DNA from: Thermoanaerobaculia bacterium
Lineage (GTDB): Bacteria; Acidobacteriota; Thermoanaerobaculia; Multivoradales; JAGPDF01
DNA length: 64,000 nucleotides
Direction: 5' to 3'
Assembly: GCA_048500095.1 (NCBI GenBank)
Contig: JASNYQ010000002.1
Coordinates: forward strand, 653,532-717,531
Shown here: piece after piece, positions 37,401 to 45,753 of the stretch
Layout: each line of letters begins with the position of its first letter
How positions within the stretch are numbered: the first letter of the stretch is position 1
Notes under the pieces: model-generated
The model's database searches: none
What the model was told of the DNA's origin: nothing
The model's input: the letters and a program-made list of their open reading frames with translations, nothing else
Made by a program: the position numbers and the translations under genes

Positions 37401-37838
37401 GAGCCGATGCTCTCCCCCGCCGGCGCCCTCTACGGACCGAAGGTGATGCTCATCAACCGCCACGCCGGCTCGGGCGGCGACGCGCTGCCGTGGATGTTCC
37501 GCGAGCTCGGACTCGGGCCCCTGGTCGGCACCCGCACCTGGGGCGGCCTGGTCGGGATCTGGGACTACCCCGACCTGATCGACGGCGGCGCCGTCACGGC
37601 GCCGCGCGGCGGCCTCTACACCCGCCACGGCAGATGGGAGGTCGAGAACGTCGGCGTGGCTCCCGACCACGAGGTGGAGATCACCCCCCGCGACTTCGCG
37701 GCCGGGCGCGATCCCCAGCTCGAGAAGGCGATCGACCTCGCGCTCGAGGCGCTCGCCGCGGCCCCGCCGCAGCTCCCGGCGCGGCCCCCCTTCCCGAACT
37801 ACCAGGTCACCCCCTGGCAGTCGGAGGCCACGCCGTAG
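34497..37838 (+). CDS. Tricorn protease homolog (S41 family; beta-propeller + PDZ + peptidase)
   Basis: Signal peptide. TolB-like repeats (PAFSPDGRRIAF, PAWSPDGQTVAW). S41 catalytic region (NGGGLVADYIVEVL...TWGGLVG). 1113 aa, typical for the family. Confidence 0.85.
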   Translation: MPRPHRPCTLPALLAAAILLATFLAPVLAAEGPPRLLRQPALSASEIAFAFGGDLWVAPRAGGEARRLTAHAGMERDPAFSPDGRRIAFTGEIDGNIDVYVVDAAGGSPLRLTWHPGPDQAVGWSPDGERVLFRSARDNGTRTARLWSVPVAGGWPERLPLPEAFWGTHSPDGARFAYMPHERFQLSWKRYRGGEATFVWIADLASLEIQAVPRGNANDSYPAWAEDGRIYFLSDREGRVTLFRYDPATREVARVYANDGLDLKNARPGPGAVVFERFGEIGLYDLATGAVTYPPIRVTPDLAALRPRFAKVGEEAGAGAISPTGARAAFSARGEIFTVPAEKGAPRNLSRSPGAADRDPAWSPDGQTVAWLSDQSGEYALHLAPQSGLGEVRRIPLGDPPSFFYRPHFSPDGTRLALTDKRLNLWIVEVASGAMTKVDTGTYDHPERSLDPAWSPDSRYLAYTRRQRSHVHDVFVHDVAAKTSHRLTDGLADARFPVFDPSGKYLWFAASTDFGPTSPWLDMTSVERPVSRSVWLAVLAAGEPSPFAPESDEEKPAEKDEKSTAEKARGREKKPAAAEKKEEEKVQVTVDLAGIERRIVPVPGLAAKHYQRLAPGKEGILFLLEAPELVDADADELPAGPLWRYELAKREATRVAGAVDEIAVSHSGEKLLVRAGDSWSIHAAEGELDLDEGKLDLDRLEARVDPLAEWRQIYREAWRLQRDFLYDPGFHGLDLAAAERRYAPWVEGLAHRDDLNYLLVEMLGEISLGHVYVGGGDLPQPPRVKGGLLGADWEVADGRYRIARVYSGESWNPDLVAPFDRPGVDARAGDYLIAVEGRELRPPASLFAAFEATAGREVRLRLAADPEGKGAREVTVVPVENESRLRYRAWVEENRRRVAERSGGRLGYLHLPNTAGAGFESFNRYFFPQIDREGLVVDERNNGGGLVADYIVEVLGRKLLWAVASREGEPMLSPAGALYGPKVMLINRHAGSGGDALPWMFRELGLGPLVGTRTWGGLVGIWDYPDLIDGGAVTAPRGGLYTRHGRWEVENVGVAPDHEVEITPRDFAAGRDPQLEKAIDLALEALAAAPPQLPARPPFPNYQVTPWQSEATP

Positions 37839-37945
37839 GCCCCGCGGGCTGGAAGCCGCCGGCGGATCGCGATAGGGTGCGCCCACCGATCCCGCCGGCG
37901 GCCGCGCCGCCGGAGCTGCAGCACCCCGACCCGAGGAGGCTCAGG

Positions 37946-38794
37946 ATGAAGAAGAACCTCGCACTCGCGCTCGCCCTGCTGGCCCTCGCCGGCGCCAGCG
38001 CCGCTTTCGCCCAGCTGGAGCTCCCGCGCGCCAGCCCGAAGGCCACCGTCATGCAGCAGGTCGGCCTCACCGACGTCACGATCGCCTACGCCCGCCCCGG
38101 GGTGAAGGGGCGCACGATCTGGGGGGATCTCGTCCCCTACGGCCAGGTCTGGCGCACCGGCGCCAACGAGGCGACCACGATCACCTTCTCCACCGACGTG
38201 AAGGTGGCGGGCACCGCCGTCCCGGCCGGCACCTACGGCCTCTTCACGCTCCCGGGGGAGAAGGAGTGGACGGTGATCCTCAACAAGGCCGCCAAGCAGT
38301 GGGGCGCCTACGAGTACAAGGCCGAGGAGGACCTGCTGCGCATCCCGGTCGTGCCGCAGGAGGCGCCGTTCACCGAGCGGATGACCTTCACCTTCCCCAA
38401 CACCACCACCGACGCGACCGACGTGACGCTCGCCTGGGAGAAGCTCTCGGTCACCTTCCGGGTCGAGGTGGAGGTCCACTCCAAGGTGATGGAGAGCGCG
38501 CGCGCCGCCATCGCCGCCGCCAAGGCCGACGACTGGCGCACGCCGCTGCGCGCCGCCAACTACTGCCTCGACAACGAGGTCGGCCTCGACGAGGCGCGCG
38601 GCTGGGTCGACCGCTCGCTCGCCGCCCAGGAGTCGATGTACGGCCTCGTCGCCAAGGCCCGCTTCGCCGCCCTCGACGGCGACAAGGCGGCGGCGATCGC
38701 GCTCGCCCGCAAGGCGATCGAAGTGGGCAAGGCCGCCGACCCGAAGGCCGACACGGCGATGGCCGAGCGGCTGATCGCGGACTGGAGCAAGTAG
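37946..38794 (+). CDS. Secreted DUF2911 family protein
   Basis: Signal peptide. VWRTGANEATTITFSTDVKVAGTAVPAGTYGLF is the DUF2911 signature. C-terminal helical domain. Confidence 0.8.
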   Translation: MKKNLALALALLALAGASAAFAQLELPRASPKATVMQQVGLTDVTIAYARPGVKGRTIWGDLVPYGQVWRTGANEATTITFSTDVKVAGTAVPAGTYGLFTLPGEKEWTVILNKAAKQWGAYEYKAEEDLLRIPVVPQEAPFTERMTFTFPNTTTDATDVTLAWEKLSVTFRVEVEVHSKVMESARAAIAAAKADDWRTPLRAANYCLDNEVGLDEARGWVDRSLAAQESMYGLVAKARFAALDGDKAAAIALARKAIEVGKAADPKADTAMAERLIADWSK

Positions 38795-38824
38795 CCGCCC
38801 GCTCGCAGTCGCGACGCCGACTCC

Positions 38825-38857
38825 AGGGCGCCCCTCCCGCGCGGGACGGGCGCCCTT
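38825..38857 (+). terminator. Intrinsic terminator after DUF2911 gene
   Basis: agggcgccc-N15-gggcgccct followed by ttctctt. Confidence 0.6.
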
Positions 38858-38954
38858 TCTCTTGCGGGCTCGGGGAGCGAGTCCCCGGTCCCCGCCAGGT
38901 TCCTCTCCCTGCCGGATCGCTCGCGGAGTTGGCCCTCGGATCGAAGCCGGACCC

Positions 38955-39067
38955 GGCCGGGTGCCTTCTTGCCCGGATCGCTTGCGGGGTCCCCCATCTG
39001 ACCGGAGCTCGAGGTGTGGGGAAGATCCCCCCCCGTCTGCGCGCTCCGGGCAAGAAGGCACCCGGCC
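38955..39067. repeat. Perfect 22-bp inverted repeat pair flanking a 69-nt loop (structured RNA or MITE-like element)
   Basis: ggccgggtgccttcttgcccgg at 38955-38976 is the exact reverse complement of ccgggcaagaaggcacccggcc at 39046-39067. A direct repeat ccggatcgctYgcgg lies nearby. Confidence 0.8.
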
Positions 39068-39130
39068 TCGGCGGTTTCGCGTTCCGATTCCGATTGCGGC
39101 TGCGCTTCCTGGGCGCAGTTCCGTCGCCCA

Positions 39131-39250
39131 GCCGGGCGGGTCTCGCTCCGCCTTCCGGGTCCCGACGGCGGGGGGTCCCCGCACCTCCAGAGCTCCAATC
39201 AGTGCGGGGTGCCCCGCGGGGCCCGGGAGGTGGAGCGAGACCCGCCCGGC
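39131..39250. repeat. 19-bp perfect (about 26-bp imperfect) inverted repeat enclosing nested hairpins
   Basis: gccgggcgggtctcgctcc at 39131-39149 versus ggagcgagacccgcccggc at 39232-39250. The interior contains ccccgcac...gtgcgggg and a ccccgcgggg palindrome. Lies ~100 nt upstream of the Fe-S protein ATG. Confidence 0.8.
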
Positions 39251-39347
39251 GTCCTCGGCCCCGGAATCGAGCCCTCCGACCTCCCGTCGCGCGCGAGACC
39301 CGCCGCTTCCGTCGGCCGCCCGCGGCGCGTACACTCGTTCCGGCGCC

Positions 39348-40658
39348 ATGGCCCACGTCACCGCCCGGTCCGCCTACCGCCAGCTCGCGGAGCGGTTGAA
39401 CCGCTTCCCCCAAGGGGCGCCGCCCACCCGTCTCCTCTTCTCCATCCTCGAGCTGCTCTTCAGCGAGCGCGAGGCGGCGCTCGTCGCCGAGCTCCCGATC
39501 CGGCCGTTCGGGGTCGCCGAGGCGGCGCGCCGCTGGAAGCTGGCGAGCGCCGAGACACGGCGGATCCTCGACGCGCTCGCCGACCGCGCCATCCTCCTCG
39601 ACGTCGAGGACGACCGGGGCCGGCACCACTACGTCTTGCCGCCGCCGATGGCCGGCTTCTTCGAGTTCTCGCTCATGCGCGTGCGCGGCGACCTCGACCA
39701 GAAGGCCCTCTCCGAGCTCTTCTACCAGTACCTCAACGTCGAGGACGACTTCGTGCGCGCCCTCTTCACCGAGGGCGAGACCCAGCTCGGCCGGGCCTTC
39801 GTCCACGAGGACATGGTCGGCGAGAGCGCCGCTCTCACCGTCCTCGACTGGGAGCGCGCGAGCGAGGTGGTCGAGACCGCCACCGCCCGCGGGGTCGGCC
39901 TCTGCTACTGCCGCCACAAGATGAGCCACCTCGGGCGCGCCTGCGACGCGCCGCTGCCGATCTGCATGACCTTCAACGGCGCCGCCGCCTCGCTGGTGCG
40001 CCACGGCCACGCCCGCGCAATCGACCGCAGCGAGGCGCTCGACCTCCTCGCCGAGGCCCGCGAGCGCCGCCTGGTGCAGTTCGGGGAGAACGTCCGCCGC
40101 GACGTCGGCTTCATCTGCAACTGCTGCGGCTGCTGCTGCGAGGCGATGATCGCCGCGCGCCGCTACGGCTTCCTGAGGCCGGTGCACACCACGCAGTTCG
40201 AGCCGGCGGTCGCGGAGGCCGCCTGCAACGGCTGTGGCCGCTGCGTAGAGGCCTGTCCGGTGGAGGCGATGACCCTCGTGTCGGCGAACGACCCGGCGCG
40301 GCCGCGCCGGCGCGTGGCCCGCCTCGACCCCTCGCGCTGCCTCGGCTGCGGGGTCTGCGTTCGGGTCTGCGAGCGCGATGGTCTCCGGCTGGAGCGCCGC
40401 GCGGAGCGGATCCTCCCCCCCGAGACCACCGCCCACCGGGTGGTGGAGATGGCGATCGAGCGCGGCAAGCTGCAGCACCTGCTCTTCGACGACCGCGCGC
40501 TCGCGAGCCACCGGGCGATGGCGGCGATCCTCGCGGTGATCCTCCGCCTGCCGCCGCTGAAACAGGTGCTGGCCAACCGGCAGCTCCGCTCGCGCTACGT
40601 CGAGCGCCTGCTCGCGCACCACCGCGGGCGGACGGCCGCGCCCGCCCCGGTCCACTGA
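39348..40658 (+). CDS. Cys-rich iron-sulfur protein with two 4Fe-4S ferredoxin motifs and a CNCCGCCC cluster
   Basis: CNGCGRCVEACP and CLGCGVCVRVCE ferredoxin motifs. Additional CYCRHKMSHLGRACD and ICNCCGCCCEAM Cys clusters. Preceded by a ~550-bp structured leader. Confidence 0.65.
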   Translation: MAHVTARSAYRQLAERLNRFPQGAPPTRLLFSILELLFSEREAALVAELPIRPFGVAEAARRWKLASAETRRILDALADRAILLDVEDDRGRHHYVLPPPMAGFFEFSLMRVRGDLDQKALSELFYQYLNVEDDFVRALFTEGETQLGRAFVHEDMVGESAALTVLDWERASEVVETATARGVGLCYCRHKMSHLGRACDAPLPICMTFNGAAASLVRHGHARAIDRSEALDLLAEARERRLVQFGENVRRDVGFICNCCGCCCEAMIAARRYGFLRPVHTTQFEPAVAEAACNGCGRCVEACPVEAMTLVSANDPARPRRRVARLDPSRCLGCGVCVRVCERDGLRLERRAERILPPETTAHRVVEMAIERGKLQHLLFDDRALASHRAMAAILAVILRLPPLKQVLANRQLRSRYVERLLAHHRGRTAAPAPVH

Positions 40659-40664
40659 GGGGTC

Positions 40665-41561
40665 TCAGGCGAGCGAGCCGCCGCCGTAGAAGCGCTCGAG
40701 CCGCTCGTCCTTCTCGCGGAAGCGCTCGTCGAGCCAGGCGGCGAGGGCCTCGGGCGAGGCCGGGAGCTCGGCGAGCGGGTAGCGGCGCACGTGGAGGTGC
40801 ACCTCCCGCATCTGCCCCTTCGCCCACTGCCAGAGGCTCGGCAGCCCGCCGACGTAGCCGATCGTCACGTCGTAGACCGCCCCCACGTGCCCGGCGAGGC
40901 CGGTCACCGAGGCGACGAACCCCTTCGCCCGCGGCAGCAGCACGTGGCGCGGCAGCTCGCGCGCCTGCGCCGCCGCGTAATCGCGGGCGCGGGCGAGCTT
41001 GGTCGCCGAGAGCCGCGTCCCCTCGACGAAAGAGACCAGCCAGATCGGCACCTTCGCCCCGAGCAGATTCGCGAAGACCGCCTCGATCCGCTGCCGGTCG
41101 GCGGTCCAGTCCCGCTTCACGAAGAGGCAGTCGAGGAACCGCATCCCCCAGCCGATCCCCGGCCAGTGCTTGAGCGAGTGCTTCACGAACCACTTCAGGT
41201 CGCCGAGCCGCCGCTCGCGGCGGGCCAGCAGGAAGAGCACCTGTACGTCGGTCATCGACTGGTGGTTGGCGATCAGCACCGCGTTCTCGCGCGGCAGCTC
41301 GGCGTCGCCGGAGAAGACCACCCGCGTGCGGTGGACCGCCAGCGTCACCCTCGCGCAGGCCCCCCAGAAGGTGTCGGCCGCCCAGCGGTTGAGCCGCCGG
41401 AAGGAGGCTCGCGAGAAGGGCCGGACGACGAGCGACACGGTCTGTACCACGTTGAGCAGCAGCAGCGACGAGAAGAGCGCCACGGCGATCACCGCGCCGC
41501 GGACGGTGGCGACCAGGCGCCGCGGCCAGGGGCGCTCGCGGCCGAGAGGGGGCAGGGGCAT
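40665..41561 (-). CDS. Lysophospholipid / 1-acyl-glycerol-3-phosphate acyltransferase family protein
   Basis: N-terminal TM. Acyltransferase motif I NHQSMTDV and motif III FVEGTR. Confidence 0.75.
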   Translation of the reverse strand: MPLPPLGRERPWPRRLVATVRGAVIAVALFSSLLLLNVVQTVSLVVRPFSRASFRRLNRWAADTFWGACARVTLAVHRTRVVFSGDAELPRENAVLIANHQSMTDVQVLFLLARRERRLGDLKWFVKHSLKHWPGIGWGMRFLDCLFVKRDWTADRQRIEAVFANLLGAKVPIWLVSFVEGTRLSATKLARARDYAAAQARELPRHVLLPRAKGFVASVTGLAGHVGAVYDVTIGYVGGLPSLWQWAKGQMREVHLHVRRYPLAELPASPEALAAWLDERFREKDERLERFYGGGSLA

Positions 41562-41606
41562 CGGGGGCTCCGGCGGGGCCGGGAGAGCCGGCCCCGCCGC
41601 GAGAGC

Positions 41607-43739
41607 CTACTCGATCCGCTTCGCCTCGAACACGCCGTTCGGCTGGTGGGAGCGCAGCTTGACCGCCCGGCCGCCCTCCTCGACGAACTCGATCGCGATC
41701 GCGGGGACCTCCTTCAGGCGGAAGCGCCCCGACGCCTCCGGCTCCAAGGTGTAGGTCGGCTGACCGGGCACGGTGAGCCGCAGCACCCCGCCCGCCAGCG
41801 TGACCTCGGCCGCCTCGTCCGGGAACTGATACCGGCCGGCGAGCGCCGCCAACACCGCCGGATCCGAGAGCCGGGCCGGCGGCTGGCGGGTGAAGACGAC
41901 CGGCGGGGCGAGCGGATCCGGCCTCGTCTCCACTGCCGCGATGCCGCCGTCGACCGAGCCGCGGAAGAGGAGCTTCTGCCCCTCGAACGTCTCGTCGCCG
42001 TCGGTCTCGGCGCCGCTCCAGACGTCGTAGTGCCAGTGCTCGAGCGGCGCCCGGATGCCGTTGAAAGTGAGCACGAGCGCCACCTTCTTCGCGTCGGCCA
42101 CCTCGATGCGGAGCGGACCGTAGCCCGGGTGGCCGTACTCGCCCGCGTAGTCGGCGAGCGGGTGAGAGGGCCTGGTGCCGGCGATGCGCGTGGCCGCCTG
42201 CTTCTCCCTCGCCTCCTTGCCGGCCGCCTCGGCGATCGCCCGCTCGGCGAGCGCCTCGCCCAGCCAGTCGATCGGCTCGAGGTCGAGCACCCGGTCGATC
42301 ACCACGTTGTTGACCAGACCCGGCAGCCCCACCCCCGCGTTGACGAACGACACGATCCCGAGGTCGTCGTCCGGCAACAGCGTCACCATCGTGATGAAGC
42401 CGTCGATGCCGCCGCCGTGCTGCACCCGCCGGTGGCCGCGGTAGACGTCGATCCCCCAGCCCAGGCCGTAGCCGACCGGCACCACCTCGCGCCGCGAGGG
42501 CGGCGCCCCGGTCGTCATCTGCGGGCTGTGGATCGCGGCCAGCGTCGCCGCCTGCACGACCCGGTGCCCGTCGAGCGTCCCCTGGCCGAGGTTGAGGAGC
42601 AGCCAGCGCGCCATCTCGCGCGCGCTCGAGTTCACCGAGCCCGCGGGGCCCATCGCGTCGAGCGGCCGGAACGGGATGCGCACCACCCGGCCCCCCTCCT
42701 TCACGTCGTAGGGCAGCGCGTGGTCGGCATCGCGCTCCGAGTCGTGGACCGAGAAGGTCGTCCGCTCCATGCCGAGCGGGCGGAAGAGCCGCTCCCGCAC
42801 CAGCTCCTCCCAGCTCGTCCCCGCGACCTCGCCGGCGAGATAGCCGGCGGTCAGGTACATGAGGTTGTTGTACTGGAACTTCTCGCGCAGGTCGGCCGTG
42901 CGGTCGAGATGGGCGAGGCGCGCGACGAGCTCGCGGCGGCTGCTCTCGTTGTCGTTGTACCAGACGAGGTCGTGGCGCGGCAGACCGGAGCGGTGGGTGA
43001 GCAGGTCGCGCACCGTGAGCCGCTCGGAGAGCACGGGATCGCTCAGGCGGAACCAGGGGAGGTAGGTGCGAACCGGCTCGTCCCAGGCCACCTTCCCCTC
43101 GTCGACGAGGGTGCCGAGCGCGGTGGCGGTCATCGCCTTGGTGGTCGAACCGATGGCGAAGAGGGTGTCGGCGGTCACCGGCAGCTCCCGCTCCAGATCG
43201 CGCACCCCGAAGCCCCGGGCGTAGACGACCTCCCCGCCGCGCACCACCGCGAGGGCGAGGCCGGGGGCGCGGAAGTCGGAGAGCGCCTGGGCGATCGTCT
43301 CCTCGAGCCCGGCGAGCCGCTCGCGGGCGACTTCGGCCGGGGCGCCCGCTCGCGCGAGCGCGAAGGGGAACGAGGCCGGGCCCTGCGTGAACGTCCCGGC
43401 GATCGCGTTCCCGCCCTCCGCCACCTCGCCGGCGAAGCGCGGCTCGCCCGGCACGCCGGGCAGACGGAACGAAATCTGCGCTCCCTCCGCGGCGAGGTCG
43501 GCGAGCGGCAGGTCCTTGGCCCCCTGGGCCGGGATCGAGATGTCGCCGGAGAGCGCGCCGTCCGGCCCCTCCGCGAAGTCGACGTCGATCTCGAGCGCCG
43601 CGCCGGGGATCTCGATCGCGCCACGCCAGTGGCCGGCGAGGGCCGGAGCCTCGGCCGGCGACGCGGGCCGAGCGGCCGCGGGGAGAGCGGCGGCGAGCAG
43701 GGCGAGCGCGAGCAGGATGCAGCGAGACGGGTTCTGCAT
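41607..43739 (-). CDS. Secreted serine hydrolase of beta-lactamase/transpeptidase superfamily (class C-like) with C-terminal DUF3471-like domain
   Basis: Signal peptide. SxxK as FAIGSTTKAMTA. YxN-like and HxG-like downstream blocks. 710 aa. Confidence 0.8.
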   Translation of the reverse strand: MQNPSRCILLALALLAAALPAAARPASPAEAPALAGHWRGAIEIPGAALEIDVDFAEGPDGALSGDISIPAQGAKDLPLADLAAEGAQISFRLPGVPGEPRFAGEVAEGGNAIAGTFTQGPASFPFALARAGAPAEVARERLAGLEETIAQALSDFRAPGLALAVVRGGEVVYARGFGVRDLERELPVTADTLFAIGSTTKAMTATALGTLVDEGKVAWDEPVRTYLPWFRLSDPVLSERLTVRDLLTHRSGLPRHDLVWYNDNESSRRELVARLAHLDRTADLREKFQYNNLMYLTAGYLAGEVAGTSWEELVRERLFRPLGMERTTFSVHDSERDADHALPYDVKEGGRVVRIPFRPLDAMGPAGSVNSSAREMARWLLLNLGQGTLDGHRVVQAATLAAIHSPQMTTGAPPSRREVVPVGYGLGWGIDVYRGHRRVQHGGGIDGFITMVTLLPDDDLGIVSFVNAGVGLPGLVNNVVIDRVLDLEPIDWLGEALAERAIAEAAGKEAREKQAATRIAGTRPSHPLADYAGEYGHPGYGPLRIEVADAKKVALVLTFNGIRAPLEHWHYDVWSGAETDGDETFEGQKLLFRGSVDGGIAAVETRPDPLAPPVVFTRQPPARLSDPAVLAALAGRYQFPDEAAEVTLAGGVLRLTVPGQPTYTLEPEASGRFRLKEVPAIAIEFVEEGGRAVKLRSHQPNGVFEAKRIE

Positions 43740-43793
43740 GGGGACCTCCTGAGCGGGGCCCGGCGGTCGGGAACCGGGCCGCGAGACCTCCGC

Positions 43794-44915
43794 CTAGCCT
43801 ACCGGATCGGGAGCGGAGCGCAGCGTGACGCGGAGGATCTCGCTCCGGTGCCAGAGGCGCATCCGCGGCCCCCAGGTGCCGGTGCCGCGCGAGACGAGCA
43901 CCGTCGCGCCCGCGATCTCGTAGCGCCCGGCGAGCGTCGGGTAGCTCAGACGGACGAGCGCGCCGAAGGGCCAGATCTGCCCGGCGTGGGTATGACCCGA
44001 GAGCACGAGCCCCGCCCCTTCGCGTGCCGCGCGCTCCAGGTGGAGCGGGCTGTGCGAGAGCAGCACCACACCCCCCGGCGGCCGGCCGGCGAGCGAGCGC
44101 GCCACCGCCTCGCCGTCGGGGTGCGTCCCGCGCCGCACCGTGAGGTCGTCCACCCCGGCGAGCACCAGGCCGGGGCGCACCTCGACCCAGCGGTCGCGCA
44201 GCAGCTCCATCCCCGCCGCCTCCAGGCGCGCCACGCTCTCGTCGAGCCCGCGATAGACCTCGTGGTTCCCGGTCACGGCCCAGACGCCGAGCGGCGCCGC
44301 CAGCCGCGAGAGCACCGGGATCAGCTCCTCGTGCCGCGGGCCGTGCCCCTCCAGCACGTCGCCTCCCACCGCGATCAGGTCGGGGGCGAGCGCCGCCACC
44401 TGCTCGACCCGCGCCGCGAGCCAGCGGGCGCCGAGCAGGTTGCCGACGTGGAGGTCGGAGAGGAAGACGATCACCGTGCCGTCGGCCGCCGCCGGAAGGC
44501 CGGCAAGCCGCACCTCGTGCTCCACCACCCGCGGCGGGCGCCGCGCCTGCAAGGTGGCCAGCACCGCGAGCAGGAGCGCCACGCCGAGCGCCCCGGCCCG
44601 GAGCGCCGGCGCGCTCTCCGGCGCGAAGCGCCCGAACCCGGTGGCGAGGTCGACCGCGAGCAGGCAGGTCAGCGCGAGCAGGAAGAGGCCCATCCAGGTG
44701 GCGCCGATCCACTCCAGCCCCGCCGCGAAGGCGCCCGGCCGGAAGCGCTCGACGATGCGGGCGATCAGGTAGCTCAGGGCGAGGAAGACGGCCGCCACCA
44801 CGAGCGCCCAGCGCGGCACCCTCCCCGCGACCCAGGGCAGCGCGGCGATCCGCCAGACGAGATAGGCGTGAGATCCGAACCAGAGCGAGAGGAAGAGGAG
44901 CGCCATGCGGGTCAC
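43794..44915 (-). CDS. Membrane-anchored metallophosphoesterase (YkuE-like)
   Basis: Three N-terminal TM. Calcineurin-like blocks SDLHVG, GGDVLEGH, GNHE, LSGHTHAGQ. Confidence 0.8.
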   Translation of the reverse strand: MTRMALLFLSLWFGSHAYLVWRIAALPWVAGRVPRWALVVAAVFLALSYLIARIVERFRPGAFAAGLEWIGATWMGLFLLALTCLLAVDLATGFGRFAPESAPALRAGALGVALLLAVLATLQARRPPRVVEHEVRLAGLPAAADGTVIVFLSDLHVGNLLGARWLAARVEQVAALAPDLIAVGGDVLEGHGPRHEELIPVLSRLAAPLGVWAVTGNHEVYRGLDESVARLEAAGMELLRDRWVEVRPGLVLAGVDDLTVRRGTHPDGEAVARSLAGRPPGGVVLLSHSPLHLERAAREGAGLVLSGHTHAGQIWPFGALVRLSYPTLAGRYEIAGATVLVSRGTGTWGPRMRLWHRSEILRVTLRSAPDPVG

Positions 44916-44919
44916 CAGC

Positions 44920-45648
44920 CTATCGGACGAGTGGGCCGAGCCACCCCTTCGCCCTCTCCATGCGCCGCAGCACGGTCTCGACGCGGCGGCGGTAGGCGCG
45001 GCTCTCGCTGCCCGGGTGCCAGGCGGACGGCTTCGGCAGGGCGGCGGCGAGTGCCGCCGCCTCGCGGTCGGAGAGGGCGCTCGCGCCCTTGCCGAAGTAG
45101 CGGCGGGAGGCGGCCTCGGCGCCGTAGAGGCCGGGGCCGAGCTCCACCACGTTCAGGTAGAGCTCGAGGATCCGCGGCTTCCCGAGGGTGCGCTCGAGCT
45201 GCCGCGTGAGGAGCGCCTCCTTCACCTTCCGCCAGGGGTTGCGCGAGGGGGAGAGCCAGAGGTTCTTCGCCAGCTGCTGGGTGATCGTCGAGGCGCCGCG
45301 CGGGAGCTCCTTCTCCTCCCACGCCTCGGCGAGCGCCACCCTGAGCTCGCCGGTCGCGAAGCCGCGGTGGGAGAAGAAGTCGATGTCCTCGGCCACCAGC
45401 ACCGCGATCTTGAGCGCCGGGGCGATGCGCCTGGCCGGCACCTGCGTCCAGGCCACCCGGTCGCTCCTGCCCGCCTCCCGCTGCCGGGCCCGGTACCGTT
45501 CGATGAACGCCGTGGTCTCCGGGTCGGCCTGCGCGAGCGCCGCCACCTCCGGCCAGGTTGCCCACTGGAAGCCGGCGAAGCCGGCCAAGGCCACGGCGAG
45601 CAGCAGCGCCGTCCGCGCCATCCACCCCTTCCGCCGCCGCCTCGCCAT
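44920..45648 (-). CDS. mtgA: Monofunctional biosynthetic peptidoglycan transglycosylase
   Basis: GT51 motifs EDIDFFSHRGF, GASTITQQLAKN, RKVKEALLTRQLE, RILELYLNVVELG. Alternative start at the second Met (about 45621) would leave room for a promoter. Confidence 0.85.
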   Translation of the reverse strand: MARRRRKGWMARTALLLAVALAGFAGFQWATWPEVAALAQADPETTAFIERYRARQREAGRSDRVAWTQVPARRIAPALKIAVLVAEDIDFFSHRGFATGELRVALAEAWEEKELPRGASTITQQLAKNLWLSPSRNPWRKVKEALLTRQLERTLGKPRILELYLNVVELGPGLYGAEAASRRYFGKGASALSDREAAALAAALPKPSAWHPGSESRAYRRRVETVLRRMERAKGWLGPLVR

Positions 45649-45654
45649 CGAACC

Positions 45655-45751
45655 GGGGACAGTTTACTCATTTCCCGCCCCTCGCCCCGTCGCGGCTCGC
45701 GCGGTGCCGGGGGCCCGGCGATCCGGGACGGGAAATGAGTAAACTGTCCCC
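45655..45751. promoter_or_regulatory. Perfect 23-bp, comparatively AT-rich inverted repeat between the divergent mtgA and DAG-kinase start codons
   Basis: ggggacagtttactcatttcccg ... 50 nt ... cgggaaatgagtaaactgtcccc. The right arm ends 2 nt before the ATG at 45754. The left arm starts 6 nt from the annotated mtgA start. Confidence 0.75.
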
Positions 45752-45753
45752 GC

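Noticed and set aside
40111-45209. Overlapping 1533-aa (minus) and 1472-aa (plus) ORFs spanning five annotated genes
   Set aside because: Each spans several independently well-supported genes on the opposite strand or frame (acyltransferase, beta-lactamase-like, metallophosphoesterase, mtgA). Compositionally biased translations. High-GC artefacts.
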